From contig CAXGAI010000014.1 in assembly GCA_964007735.1 (NCBI GenBank), positions 62,001 through 111,982 of the forward strand: a DNA stretch of 49,982 nt. Direction: 5' to 3'. A model generated the notes under the pieces. That model searched no databases. It was not told the origin of the DNA and saw only the letters and a list, made by a program, of their open reading frames with translations. A program made the position numbers and the translations under genes. The stretch is from an uncultured Rhodopirellula sp. GTDB lineage: Bacteria > Planctomycetota > Planctomycetia > Pirellulales > Pirellulaceae. Positions 17,723 to 27,570 of the stretch are shown here, piece by piece; within the stretch, counting starts at the first letter, position 1, and the number at the start of each line of letters is the position of its first letter.

Positions 17723-20344
17723 TTGAATACTTCGACCGTCAAGATTCGTCCACGGTTAGTCGCTCTAATCGCTCTTCTGGCCGCTTTACCAGTGCATGGT
17801 CAGGATAGTAGTGACGTTCTATCGCTGCAGCAAGCACGGGAGGCTGGTCGGAAAGATTCCCGGTTTCTTAGGCCTGATGGAACGGCGCCCGCTGATCCAA
17901 AGAAAATACCAAAAGCAAATCTGGGAGACTATAAGAAGAGTCTTTATCCGATACTCCAGAAAAGCTGTTTGGGGTGTCATGGGCCAGACCGAACCGAGGG
18001 GCGCTTGAGAGTTGATCAGTTAGACCCGAATCTATTAACAGGCCAGCATGTTAATCAATGGAAAGAAATTTATAACGCCTTAGGGAATTCAGAAATGCCT
18101 CCGGCGGATGAAACGGAATATAGGTTGGCCGACCAGGACCGCGGCTTATTAGTCGAGTGGGTTGGTGCGGAACTGGAAAAGGCTTACCACGTTAGAAAAG
18201 GTGGGCAGGACTACTCGGCATTTAGACGCATGACGCGATATGAATACAACTATGCGTTACAGGATTTGCTGGGAATTCCATTCGATGTGGTGGAGCGTCT
18301 GCCCCCGGAGTCCATGTCGGATGATGGCTTTTTAAATCGCTCTGAGTTGTTGCAGATGTCAGCAATGCAATTTGAAACCAGTCGTGAGATTGGCCTTAGA
18401 ACGCTGCAGCGTGTAACAGTCCATGGCGATCCGCCTAAACCGGTCGTTTATAAATTTGCGTTTCAGGGCGAAATGACGCGCCTGACATCCGCTGCCAATG
18501 CCAAAGTCTTCAACGTTAGAGATGATAATTACAAGCAAGCACGAAATACGCCCCACTTTCTTAACCATACGTCGGGACAGGCGATTCACTATAGCGGCGG
18601 GAATTTTAAGCCGGATCCTAAAGCCATAGTTGGTGAGGTCCACTCAGATTCGCCGATTGCAATTTCGTTGCCGCCGGGGCGAGAGTTGAAATTTAATCTT
18701 GATCGATTTCTTCCGGATGAAGGTGTCATGCGTGTTCGGATTCGTGCTGCTCGTTCCAACATGAATCCCCAGCATTTTGCAAACCTGCGTCTGATCTTTA
18801 GCGCTCATACGAGTAATAATGCAAATTTCTCGCAAGTTATCAGTCAGCGAGACTTACCAGTGACGGCACCGATGGAGGCTCCCGAATATATTGATTTCCT
18901 GATCCCTCTTGGTGATATCCAACGTAATCCATTTCGGAAGCTCGAGACCACGTTTCCGCGGCGAGACGAATTCCTGCACATTCAAAATATCTCTAATGGA
19001 AATCGCGGTCCGGAGCCTTTAGGCGTCCTGATTGATCATATTGAAGTTAGCGCGCCGTTCTACGCTTCGTGGCCCCCCCAGTCGCACAGGGAAATATTTT
19101 TTGACAGTGCGAATAAAGGGGATGAGATAGGCTATGCAGCCGAAGTGTTGAAAGTGTTTATGGCGCGAGCTTGGCGGCGAACCGTTACTGAATCTGAAGT
19201 TGCAAAGTTTGTGGAGTTGTTCAAAGAGTTTCGGAGTGATTTTGAAACGTTCGAAGAAACCATGCAGGAAGTCTTGGCGACGGTGATTGCATCACCCGAC
19301 TTCTTATATCTTACGCAAACCATGAATGGTGGCCGTGAGGGGAAAGAGCGAATTAGCGATATGGAGTTTGCAACCCGTCTCTCCTTCTTCCTCTGGGCTA
19401 GTATCCCTGATGTCGAATTGTTGGGAGCGGCGTATCAGGGTGACTTGAGGAAGCCGGAAGTGCTGAAGTCGCAGATTGCCCGGATGCTGAATGATCCGCG
19501 AGCCAATCGTTTTGCGGAGCATTTTGTTGGGCAATGGCTTGGGCTGGATGGGCTCGATAGTACAACACACGTTCGGGATGCCGTGCTTTTGGCTGCCATG
19601 CAACAAGAGCCAGTTGCCTTCTTTAAGGAAGTACTTGTCGGTAATGAGAGCGTGATGGATTTCATTCACTCCGATTATGTGGTGGTGAATGAACGACTGG
19701 CGGGCCATTATCGAGTGGGAGAAGTTTACGGGCCGCACTTTCGAAGGGTTTCGGTCGCGGAAACAGTGAATCGAGGAGGCATGTTGACTCAGGCAGGGAT
19801 GCTGGCGATGAATTCGGATGGGACGGATTCGCATCCATTAAAGCGTGGAATCTGGATGTTGGAACGTGTCTTGCATGACCCACCACCGCCCCCTCCTCCC
19901 AATGTTCCCGAAGTGGACCTTACAGATCCTCGCATCCTGCAGATGACGCTTAAAGAGCGAATTGAAGATCATCGAAATAAGCCTGCCTGTAAGTCATGTC
20001 ACTCAAAGATCGATCCGTGGGGAATCGCATTTGAAAATTATGACGCGTTGGGAGCGTTCCGAACACAGCTTAAAAATGGTCCAGTCGATGCCAATGCTGA
20101 ACTCTTTAATAAGCAACCACTTCATGGTATGACCGGTTTGAAACGCTATTTACTTTTAGAAAGACAGGATCAATTCGCACGTGCTATCGTTGAAAAAATG
20201 ACCACATATGCGATTGGCCGATCATTATCATTTAGTGATAATGCCGATATAAATAAAATTGTTGTACAATTCCGTAGACAGGAAGATCGTTTGGGCGATC
20301 TGATTCAGATTATCGCCCAAAGTGAAATCTTTAACTCCAGATAG
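17723..20344 (+). CDS. Planctomycete cytochrome c / DUF1592 (PSD) protein
   Basis: Signal peptide; CLGCH and CKSCH; RRMTRYEYNYALQDLL, ATRLSFFLW, SHPLKRGIW, DPWGIAFENYD. Confidence 0.93.
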   Translation: MNTSTVKIRPRLVALIALLAALPVHGQDSSDVLSLQQAREAGRKDSRFLRPDGTAPADPKKIPKANLGDYKKSLYPILQKSCLGCHGPDRTEGRLRVDQLDPNLLTGQHVNQWKEIYNALGNSEMPPADETEYRLADQDRGLLVEWVGAELEKAYHVRKGGQDYSAFRRMTRYEYNYALQDLLGIPFDVVERLPPESMSDDGFLNRSELLQMSAMQFETSREIGLRTLQRVTVHGDPPKPVVYKFAFQGEMTRLTSAANAKVFNVRDDNYKQARNTPHFLNHTSGQAIHYSGGNFKPDPKAIVGEVHSDSPIAISLPPGRELKFNLDRFLPDEGVMRVRIRAARSNMNPQHFANLRLIFSAHTSNNANFSQVISQRDLPVTAPMEAPEYIDFLIPLGDIQRNPFRKLETTFPRRDEFLHIQNISNGNRGPEPLGVLIDHIEVSAPFYASWPPQSHREIFFDSANKGDEIGYAAEVLKVFMARAWRRTVTESEVAKFVELFKEFRSDFETFEETMQEVLATVIASPDFLYLTQTMNGGREGKERISDMEFATRLSFFLWASIPDVELLGAAYQGDLRKPEVLKSQIARMLNDPRANRFAEHFVGQWLGLDGLDSTTHVRDAVLLAAMQQEPVAFFKEVLVGNESVMDFIHSDYVVVNERLAGHYRVGEVYGPHFRRVSVAETVNRGGMLTQAGMLAMNSDGTDSHPLKRGIWMLERVLHDPPPPPPPNVPEVDLTDPRILQMTLKERIEDHRNKPACKSCHSKIDPWGIAFENYDALGAFRTQLKNGPVDANAELFNKQPLHGMTGLKRYLLLERQDQFARAIVEKMTTYAIGRSLSFSDNADINKIVVQFRRQEDRLGDLIQIIAQSEIFNSR

Positions 20345-20361
20345 TCCCATAGGGAAAAGGT

Positions 20362-21759
20362 ATGTCTGACAAAAATAATAAACCATCTCGTAGACAGTTC
20401 CTCCAAGGCACGGGGATCGCGCTATCGCTTCCCTGGTTGGAAACCTTTGCTTCTGCTGATAAGGCATCCGAAGAGACTCCACGTCGATTCTTGAGTGTTT
20501 ATCACCCTGATGGGGTAGGATTGCCACTTCGAAATGACCCGGCATGGAAGGATTGGAGTTGGTTTCCTCGAGGGGGAGAGCGAAACTTTGAACTGACCAA
20601 AGTTTTGGATGTTCTCGAGCCTCTTCGCAATGATATTACGATCTATTCTGGCTTGTCGCACCCAGCCGTACGTCAGGTGCACGGTCACTCAAATGCGGAT
20701 CAATACCTGACGGGTGCTGCAACTGGGGGCCATGGAGCGTATCAAAATTCAATCTCGCTTGATCAGGTTTATGCCAATCATATTGGCGAAAAGACGCGTC
20801 ATGCTTCACTCGTGATGTCAACCAACGGAGGAGTAGGAGGACCTCGTGGAGCACAGACACAGTCTTTCAATGCGGAAGGTCGTCCTATTCCCGCGATGAA
20901 CCGTCCAAAGCAAATTTTCGACATGTTGTTTGTTGCAAGTGGTGAAAAGGCTGCCGCTAAACTTGCCAGGAGCAAGAGTTCGCTGGACCTGCTTATTGAG
21001 CATACACGCTCGCTTGGGCGCCGGCTTTCGGCAAAAGATCAGCAGACGATGCAGGAATATCTGGATGCTGTTCGTGATACGGAGGTCAAATTGGCTAAGG
21101 CACAACGCTGGATTGATACGCCAGTTCCAACGGTAGATACAAGTAACCTGAATCTCGACGCGGATCCTAAAGAAGCGAGGATGTATTTTCAGACTATGTA
21201 CGAGTTGATTTATCTTTCGTATCTCAGTGATTCGACTCGCGCTGTTACATTCCAGTTGGGAAGGGAGAATGGTGAAGGGCCTCATGATCTGCTGTCAAAG
21301 GCCGTTGGTCTCGGCGGGGCCCATGGGTTGACTCACGCCGTGAAACGTCCAGATGGCTGGAAGAACCTTGGGACTTATAACCGTTACCAGGCCATGGAGT
21401 TCGGTAGATTTGTACAGAAGTTGAAAGATACCAAGGAACCGAATGGAGATGGTACGATGCTTGATAACACCTTCGCGATGCACGGTTCTGCATCCAGTAG
21501 CTTCCATCTTTCGCGTAACTACCCCATTATTTCCGCCGGTGGTAAGAATATTGGCTTTGATAATGGTCGCTATTTGAAGTTTGGTAGTGGTAACGAGGAT
21601 AATCAGGCCGGAGCAGGAATCGATACAGATGCGGGCTGGCGAGGTAAGTTGGAAGCGGAAGAATTACCGCTAGCAAAACTGTTTGTCACAGTACTCCAAC
21701 GTCTCGGTGTCGAAACGGATGCATTTGCCGGCTACAGCGGGACGCTTGAAAGAGTGTAA
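20362..21759 (+). CDS. DUF1552 protein
   Basis: SRRQFLQGTGIALSLPWLE, HGHSNAD, ISLDQ, TMLDNT. Confidence 0.92.
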   Translation: MSDKNNKPSRRQFLQGTGIALSLPWLETFASADKASEETPRRFLSVYHPDGVGLPLRNDPAWKDWSWFPRGGERNFELTKVLDVLEPLRNDITIYSGLSHPAVRQVHGHSNADQYLTGAATGGHGAYQNSISLDQVYANHIGEKTRHASLVMSTNGGVGGPRGAQTQSFNAEGRPIPAMNRPKQIFDMLFVASGEKAAAKLARSKSSLDLLIEHTRSLGRRLSAKDQQTMQEYLDAVRDTEVKLAKAQRWIDTPVPTVDTSNLNLDADPKEARMYFQTMYELIYLSYLSDSTRAVTFQLGRENGEGPHDLLSKAVGLGGAHGLTHAVKRPDGWKNLGTYNRYQAMEFGRFVQKLKDTKEPNGDGTMLDNTFAMHGSASSSFHLSRNYPIISAGGKNIGFDNGRYLKFGSGNEDNQAGAGIDTDAGWRGKLEAEELPLAKLFVTVLQRLGVETDAFAGYSGTLERV

Positions 21760-21770
21760 TTGTTCAAGGC

Positions 21771-23105
21771 ATGGGTGGTCTAGATGTAAGTCGTCGTAGT
21801 TTCGTTCAAGCCGGTGTGCTTGGAGCAGGTGGTCTTGGTTTAAGTGAAGTGCTGCGGCTGAAGGCTCAGGCAGGCAATGCTCGGTCCGGGCAAAATACTT
21901 CGGTGATTTTGTTTTGGCTCAGTGGCGGGCCCGGGCATATGGAGACCTGGGATCCTAAACCTGATGCACCTGCTGAAGTCCGCGGCCCGTTTGGTGCCAT
22001 TTCCACCGCGGTGCCGGGTATCCAGTTCGGCGAATTGATGCCGAATCTCGCGAATCGGATGGACAGGTTGACAGTGCTGCGGAGTGTCAATCATGGATCA
22101 GGGGATCATACAAAGTCAAACCACTGGATGTTGACGGGCTTTGAAGGGCCCGCTTTTAATGCCCCCGATTTTCGGGAACAACGCCGCCCGTCGATGGGGT
22201 CTGCTGTGGCGGCACTGGAGGGAGCAAATCACCCCGGAATGCCAGCGTATGTCGGAGTGCCTCATCTTCGAGGGGGTACTGATAACTTCTTCCATTATTC
22301 TGCTTACTTGGGCGGTGGATACAATCCGTTCGTTGTCAATTCCGATCCTGCCTCGGAAAACTTTTCGGTGAGGAATCTTTCTTTACCAGTCGGACTAACA
22401 GGGGCTCGTCTGGAAGATCGGCTGGGTCTGTTACAATCCATGGATAAGTTAAAACGGTCGCATAATACGAAGATGAATGATCTGGACCAGCATCATCAGA
22501 AGGCTTTCGACCTTTTAACCAGCCGCCGCGTACGAGAAGCGTTTGATGTGGGGGCCGAGGAAACTGTGACACGGGAAGCCTACGGCATGCATACGTTTGG
22601 ACAGTCGGCACTGGTGGCCCGCCGCCTGGTGGAACGTGGAGTTACCTTTGTTACGGTGAACTGTGTACCATGGGATCACCATGGATCCTCCAATAGGTAT
22701 CAGACGGAAGAAGGGTCTAATTTACTGATCCCTCCTTTAGATGTCGCGATTTCTGGGTTGATTGATGATCTGGAGCAACGAGGTTTATATGAGGATACGA
22801 TGGTGATTGCGATGGGAGAGTTTGGTCGAACACCGCGCATGAACAAATACGCCGGGCGGGACCATTGGGGCCGTACCTTTAGCGTACTTGTCGGTTGTGG
22901 TGGTATGAACATGGGGCAGGTTGTTGGCCGTTCCAATCCACATGGTGCCCATGTTGTCAATCGGCCGATTTCGCCAGAAGATGTTGCAGCGACGGTTTAT
23001 TATCATCTTGGTATCGACGGTGAAAATACAACGTTTGATGATTTATTGGGGCGTCCGATCCCTTTGATTTCCGAGGGGAAGCCAATCCAGGAGTTAGTTG
23101 GTTAA
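21771..23105 (+). CDS. DUF1501 protein
   Basis: SRRSFVQ, GGPGHMETWDPKP, WDHH, GEFGRTP, GRDHW. Confidence 0.93.
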   Translation: MGGLDVSRRSFVQAGVLGAGGLGLSEVLRLKAQAGNARSGQNTSVILFWLSGGPGHMETWDPKPDAPAEVRGPFGAISTAVPGIQFGELMPNLANRMDRLTVLRSVNHGSGDHTKSNHWMLTGFEGPAFNAPDFREQRRPSMGSAVAALEGANHPGMPAYVGVPHLRGGTDNFFHYSAYLGGGYNPFVVNSDPASENFSVRNLSLPVGLTGARLEDRLGLLQSMDKLKRSHNTKMNDLDQHHQKAFDLLTSRRVREAFDVGAEETVTREAYGMHTFGQSALVARRLVERGVTFVTVNCVPWDHHGSSNRYQTEEGSNLLIPPLDVAISGLIDDLEQRGLYEDTMVIAMGEFGRTPRMNKYAGRDHWGRTFSVLVGCGGMNMGQVVGRSNPHGAHVVNRPISPEDVAATVYYHLGIDGENTTFDDLLGRPIPLISEGKPIQELVG

Positions 23106-23121
23106 CCTTTGCCCGTAATGG

Positions 23122-24483
23122 TTATGGTAACCACTTTGGTTTAGCCGGGACTTTGGCTTTGCTATCGACGGGCCCGCCTAACGCCATGGTGTTACCCCCG
23201 ATTTCGGTCAACTGTCGGCGGGCTTCGTCAAGCAACTCGGCAACTCTCTTTGGATTCTGCTGACTAAGATTAGTGTGCTCAGCGGGATCGTTTTTGAGGT
23301 TAATCAACACTGGTCCCTGTTGAGAGTCAGGTAGTTCTTCGATTTCATCAAAATAGAGTTTCCAGTTACCAGATCGGATTGCCTGCGGCGTGCCCCATCC
23401 ATGCCAAAACAATAAAGTTGACCTCGCGGGTCGCCCTGCGCCGCGTCTGCAAAGTGAAGGCATGATGTTGACTCCATTGATCTTGGCAATTGTATCCTTC
23501 ACCATCCGGTTGTTTAATTGACACGCAACTGTGAGGCTGGGTAGAAGATCTATTGCACTGATAATGTGGTTGTTCGTCTGCCGGGCAGGAATCCGTCCGG
23601 GCCAACGAATGATACACGGTACACGATTACCTCCTTCCAACGTACTCCACTTTAACCCACGATATGGCGTGGATTGCGCCCACTGTTTTTGACCAGGTTC
23701 AACACCATTGTCGGAAAGAAAAACGACAATGGTATTATCCTCGATCTTTAATCGATGGAGTGCCTTCAGAAGATCTCCGATACGACTGTCGAGCTCTTCG
23801 ACAACATCGCCATAGGCCCCCAGCTTCGTTTTTCCTTTCCAGTCGGGGTGGGCTTCGGCCGGGAAATGGGGCGCGCTAAAGGGTAAATAGAGAAAGAACG
23901 GTTTGCCATGATTTGATTCAACAAATCGTATGGCTTCATCTGTAAAAAGCTCGGTGAGGTGCCGGTTGTCAAAAGGATCCGCGATAAGTTCATTACCGCG
24001 CCAGAGTTGTTTGGTTTGGTTATTACTTTTGTTGATGAAGTAGGTGGTATTGAAACCGTGTACGGCAGGCGAATGTGCTGTCGAATCGCCCAAATGCCAT
24101 TTGCCAATCAAAGCAGTTTCGTATCCGGCCTGTTTGAAGATTTCGGCAATAGTGGTTGTTGCAGGCGCGAGTCCGTTTTGTGGTTTTATTCCATAGCCTA
24201 CGACACCACCTTGCCAGCCGCATCTAACCGGATACAAGCCTGTTAAGAGAGCCATTCTTGAGGGAGTACAGATAGTGGAGCCTGAATAGAAGCTTGTTAG
24301 CCGTACACCCTCGGCTGCTAGTTGGTCCAGGACGGGGGTTTTGATCGTCACGCTTCCGTAGCACGATAGATCGTTATAGCCAAGGTCGTCGGCCATGATA
24401 AGGATAACGTTTGGTGAGGCCTTTGCTGCCATGCTGTTCGACGCCAACAGAAAAACCATTAAAAAAATGAGCGGGGCTTTCAA
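23122..24483 (-). CDS. Formylglycine-dependent sulfatase (family S1)
   Basis: PNVILIMADDLG, CTPSR..LLTG, GKWHLG, SDNG; signal peptide; TTG start. Confidence 0.95.
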   Translation of the reverse strand: MKAPLIFLMVFLLASNSMAAKASPNVILIMADDLGYNDLSCYGSVTIKTPVLDQLAAEGVRLTSFYSGSTICTPSRMALLTGLYPVRCGWQGGVVGYGIKPQNGLAPATTTIAEIFKQAGYETALIGKWHLGDSTAHSPAVHGFNTTYFINKSNNQTKQLWRGNELIADPFDNRHLTELFTDEAIRFVESNHGKPFFLYLPFSAPHFPAEAHPDWKGKTKLGAYGDVVEELDSRIGDLLKALHRLKIEDNTIVVFLSDNGVEPGQKQWAQSTPYRGLKWSTLEGGNRVPCIIRWPGRIPARQTNNHIISAIDLLPSLTVACQLNNRMVKDTIAKINGVNIMPSLCRRGAGRPARSTLLFWHGWGTPQAIRSGNWKLYFDEIEELPDSQQGPVLINLKNDPAEHTNLSQQNPKRVAELLDEARRQLTEIGGNTMALGGPVDSKAKVPAKPKWLP

Positions 24484-24700
24484 GCGTGGTGTTCCTTCAT
24501 GTGAATCACAAATGTTGTAGTTGTTCTGTGGGCAATAGCTTCGGCCTGATGAGTATCTCGTTGGCGATGGCTAAAACGGCGTGACCTCTTTGGCTTAAGC
24601 GATGGTAGCGTAGATGAAGAAAGTGTTTAAAGCTTTGGATAACTAAATTTCACACTCTCCAACGTTCACAGGCAAATCCAGGTTATTAGGATAATGATCA

Positions 24701-25462
24701 CTATTCAAATTGGCTGTCATGCCACCGTTTTCGAGAACCGTTTATGAATCCCGTGATAACAATGCCAAAAATAATACAGCCGGCAACCGTTAGGATCCCA
24801 TTGGTTGAGAGTAGGTCGCCTTTGAGTCCTTGTTGGATTGACACAATACCACTCAGGGTCGCCACGGGGAAAAAGAAGGCTACAAATAGGTTCAGTCTAT
24901 GAGCAGATCTTGCAAGGGCCTTGCTTTCACGTGCCTGTATTTCGGAGTTTCTCGCCACCGCAATTTCCAAGCCGTTCTTGCAACTTGCGTAAAGCAACTC
25001 GCTGGTTCGCAACAGTTTATAAGCCAGATCGCGAATGTTAATCAACTCGTGGGCCTCGGAAAACTTAACACGTGCTTCTTGTAGCACCTGATGCATATGC
25101 CTGATGGATCTTAGCAGCGGCGTAAGTGTTTCAAGAACTTCGTAGAAATCCTCTACAGAGTCAGTTCGGGGTTCCAGGTTATCGAGCCTGTCAAGGTACT
25201 GCTCGTACTCAGCAAGATGATCTTCCAGGGAAAGCGGCTTTTCATCCGTTATCTGGTAGAACCATCGTCCCTGACTGTCTCTCCAAAAACACCGTGCTCC
25301 CCGGTTGTGTTGGTAAGGCTTTGGAGGTGCATGAAGCACTAAAAGGAGATGGCCTGCTCCTTCCAGCATCCGCTGGTGGCCGGCATGCTCGCCCAATCGA
25401 AGACTGATTTCCGCAGGTAGGTCCCACCCTTCAGCTAAACGTGTATGGTTTGAAGTTTGCAT
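24701..25462 (-). CDS. CorA-like membrane protein lacking the GMN motif
   Basis: Long helical stalk, then 'HRLNLFVAFFFPVATLSGI' and two C-terminal TM helices. Confidence 0.6.
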   Translation of the reverse strand: MQTSNHTRLAEGWDLPAEISLRLGEHAGHQRMLEGAGHLLLVLHAPPKPYQHNRGARCFWRDSQGRWFYQITDEKPLSLEDHLAEYEQYLDRLDNLEPRTDSVEDFYEVLETLTPLLRSIRHMHQVLQEARVKFSEAHELINIRDLAYKLLRTSELLYASCKNGLEIAVARNSEIQARESKALARSAHRLNLFVAFFFPVATLSGIVSIQQGLKGDLLSTNGILTVAGCIIFGIVITGFINGSRKRWHDSQFE

Positions 25463-25576
25463 TCTTTTGATAAGCTCAGGTCGTTGTTGCTCAAGGATCT
25501 ATATTAATATAACGTGTTCTTTAAATCCTCAGCTTTTAGGAATTGTTGTGTTAACTGACGAAAGCGATATAAGAAA

Positions 25577-26686
25577 ATGAACTTTGGTGTTCGCCATGTC
25601 ACATCACAACGGATCGTTTGTCCGGAGAGCGGTTTTGATGCGCCCGGTACAATCTCCATGTCTGAGGGACGTATTAAATCCCTTGACGAGCATGCGCTAT
25701 CGGTTGGTTCCACATCAGGCAGCGACTTGGTTTTACCAGGGTTGATAGATCTACATTGTCACCTTGGATCCGCACATAGTGTTTTTGGAGTCGATCCATC
25801 AGGAGTACTAAGATCGGGGATAACGCTCGCGGGGTCTCAGGGGGATGCGGGCGCAGGAAATATCGATCGTTACATGGCAGAAGTAGTCAGGCAGACACGC
25901 TTAAAGATAAAGCTTGCTATCAATCTGTCGATGGTAGGTGAGTCGACTGAAGCGGGATGCTTCTCAGATCCTGCTTGGGTAGATATCGACGCATGTGTCG
26001 ATGCTATAAAAAAGAACCGTGACTGCATTTGGGCGATTGCGGTCAACGCCAGCCATCATGCATGTCCGGTGGTTGACCCGCGGGCGCTGTTGAACGCTGG
26101 TCTAAAGGTGGCTAGCGAAACCGGATTACCAATTTTATATGGTTTGCGTCGACCGGAGGACTGGGGATTGGCAAATCAACTCTCTTTGTTACGGCAGGGA
26201 GACGTGGTTACCTACTGTTTTCGCAAGTCGCCTCATTGTATTGTGAATGGGCACCGAATCCTTGACTGTGTCCTGGAGGCGCGCCAAAGAGGCGTGCTCT
26301 TTGACCTTGGCCATGGTTGTGGATCATTTGATTTCGACGTGGCGGAAGCAGCGATTGGTTGTGGCTTCCTCCCAGATACAATTTCCACCGATTTACAAGC
26401 TCGGCACGTTAGCCAAGGGAAACGACATGACCTGCCGCTTGTGATGTCTAAGCTCCGGGCCGTCGGCATGCAGGAAACAGATATTTATAAAGCCGTTACT
26501 TTAACCCCGGCTAAACTACTTGGAGAAACGGACCGCGGAAAGTTAGCCGAGGGGGCACTGGCGGACTTATCCCGACTAAAGGAAAGCCCCACGAAGCGCA
26601 AATTGGTGGATACCAACGCTAACGAAAGGTACGGCAAGGTTTGGGAGGCAGTAGAAGTGTTTGTTCAGGGGAAACTTGTCGAGTAA
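25577..26686 (+). CDS. Amidohydrolase superfamily protein (deacetylase/dihydroorotase-like)
   Basis: PGLIDLHCH, GDAGAGN, LFDLGHG, PDTISTD, TPAKLLG, GALADL. Confidence 0.85.
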   Translation: MNFGVRHVTSQRIVCPESGFDAPGTISMSEGRIKSLDEHALSVGSTSGSDLVLPGLIDLHCHLGSAHSVFGVDPSGVLRSGITLAGSQGDAGAGNIDRYMAEVVRQTRLKIKLAINLSMVGESTEAGCFSDPAWVDIDACVDAIKKNRDCIWAIAVNASHHACPVVDPRALLNAGLKVASETGLPILYGLRRPEDWGLANQLSLLRQGDVVTYCFRKSPHCIVNGHRILDCVLEARQRGVLFDLGHGCGSFDFDVAEAAIGCGFLPDTISTDLQARHVSQGKRHDLPLVMSKLRAVGMQETDIYKAVTLTPAKLLGETDRGKLAEGALADLSRLKESPTKRKLVDTNANERYGKVWEAVEVFVQGKLVE

Positions 26687-26941
26687 TGAAAGTAGGAACC
26701 AAACGAACTAACAGTCATGTGACCCAACAGGTAGGGTCTCCGGTTTTTAGTCCGAATTGAAACTGGTCTTTCATATGACCAATTTCATCGAAACACACAG
26801 TGGATGAAGTTAACGGGTTTATTTTGGGCTCTGCTTTTAGGGTCTTGGGGTAACGACAACGCTTTTAGTTGTCAGGGCGCTTTTAATCTCCAGAGACAAC
26901 GACTGCTGATAGTAAATTGCGAAGCGTGATGGGGTCTGGAT

Positions 26942-27352
26942 TTACTTCTGCTTTGCGAACGCGCGACAGGCTTTTGCACATCGCCGACACTCTTCTGCAC
27001 AGGCTTTGCAGCTAGCATCGTCATGTCGGGCACATTCCTTTGCACAGGCGTCACAGGCTTTGGCACAAGCCTGGGCGATGACATTGGACATGGGACCCTT
27101 TCTGGCCGAAATGCGGGAAAATGCGACGCAGATGTCGGCACAATCAAGACACAGTTGAATGCATTTTTGTCGATCCTTACCGTCCGCTTGCATTTCTTCC
27201 AGGCAGGCTGTGACGCATGCCAGACAAGCACTACTGCAGTCACCGCACTCGGAACTGCAAGTTTCACAGGTGTCTTCTGCTTGACCTTTTCCAGTCAATA
27301 GCCCGGCACCCATAGCACCTGCGGCAGCGGTAAGTATTTTGCGGCGTTCCAT
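26942..27352 (-). CDS. Tat-exported four-helix-bundle copper storage protein (Csp/DUF326)
   Basis: MERRKIL twin-arginine leader, GQA cleavage site, 20 Cys in CxxC/CxxxC spacing; AAGGA RBS. Confidence 0.9.
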   Translation of the reverse strand: MERRKILTAAAGAMGAGLLTGKGQAEDTCETCSSECGDCSSACLACVTACLEEMQADGKDRQKCIQLCLDCADICVAFSRISARKGPMSNVIAQACAKACDACAKECARHDDASCKACAEECRRCAKACRAFAKQK

Positions 27353-27570
27353 GAAACAATTCCTTTATGAATTTACGTTTGTGTTCGTATCGTCTTGGTT
27401 GTAACCTTGTTGTTATCCTGCTTACGCTCCAATGGATTAGAAGGAGTTTATCGCCTGCTATGAAAGTAGGGTCGCTCGTGCGTGTTTTGCCATTCTTATG
27501 CCCCCTCATGCTATGAAGCTAGCAAGGCTACAGCAAATTAGTGATACCTCAGGCTGCGATATATCTCAAG

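Noticed and set aside
19879..19900. C-rich low-complexity tract as a contingency locus
   Set aside because: It encodes the poly-Pro linker typical of DUF1588 domains with mixed codons
24547..24580. Hammerhead ribozyme (CTGATGAG)
   Set aside because: No stem II followed by GAAA, and no flanking stems closing a cleavage triplet
26872..27509. Alternative-frame ORFs over the Csp gene; apparent DNA repeats (CAGGCTTT/GCAC)
   Set aside because: These are shadow ORFs, and the repeats reflect the CAKAC/CxxC codon periodicity
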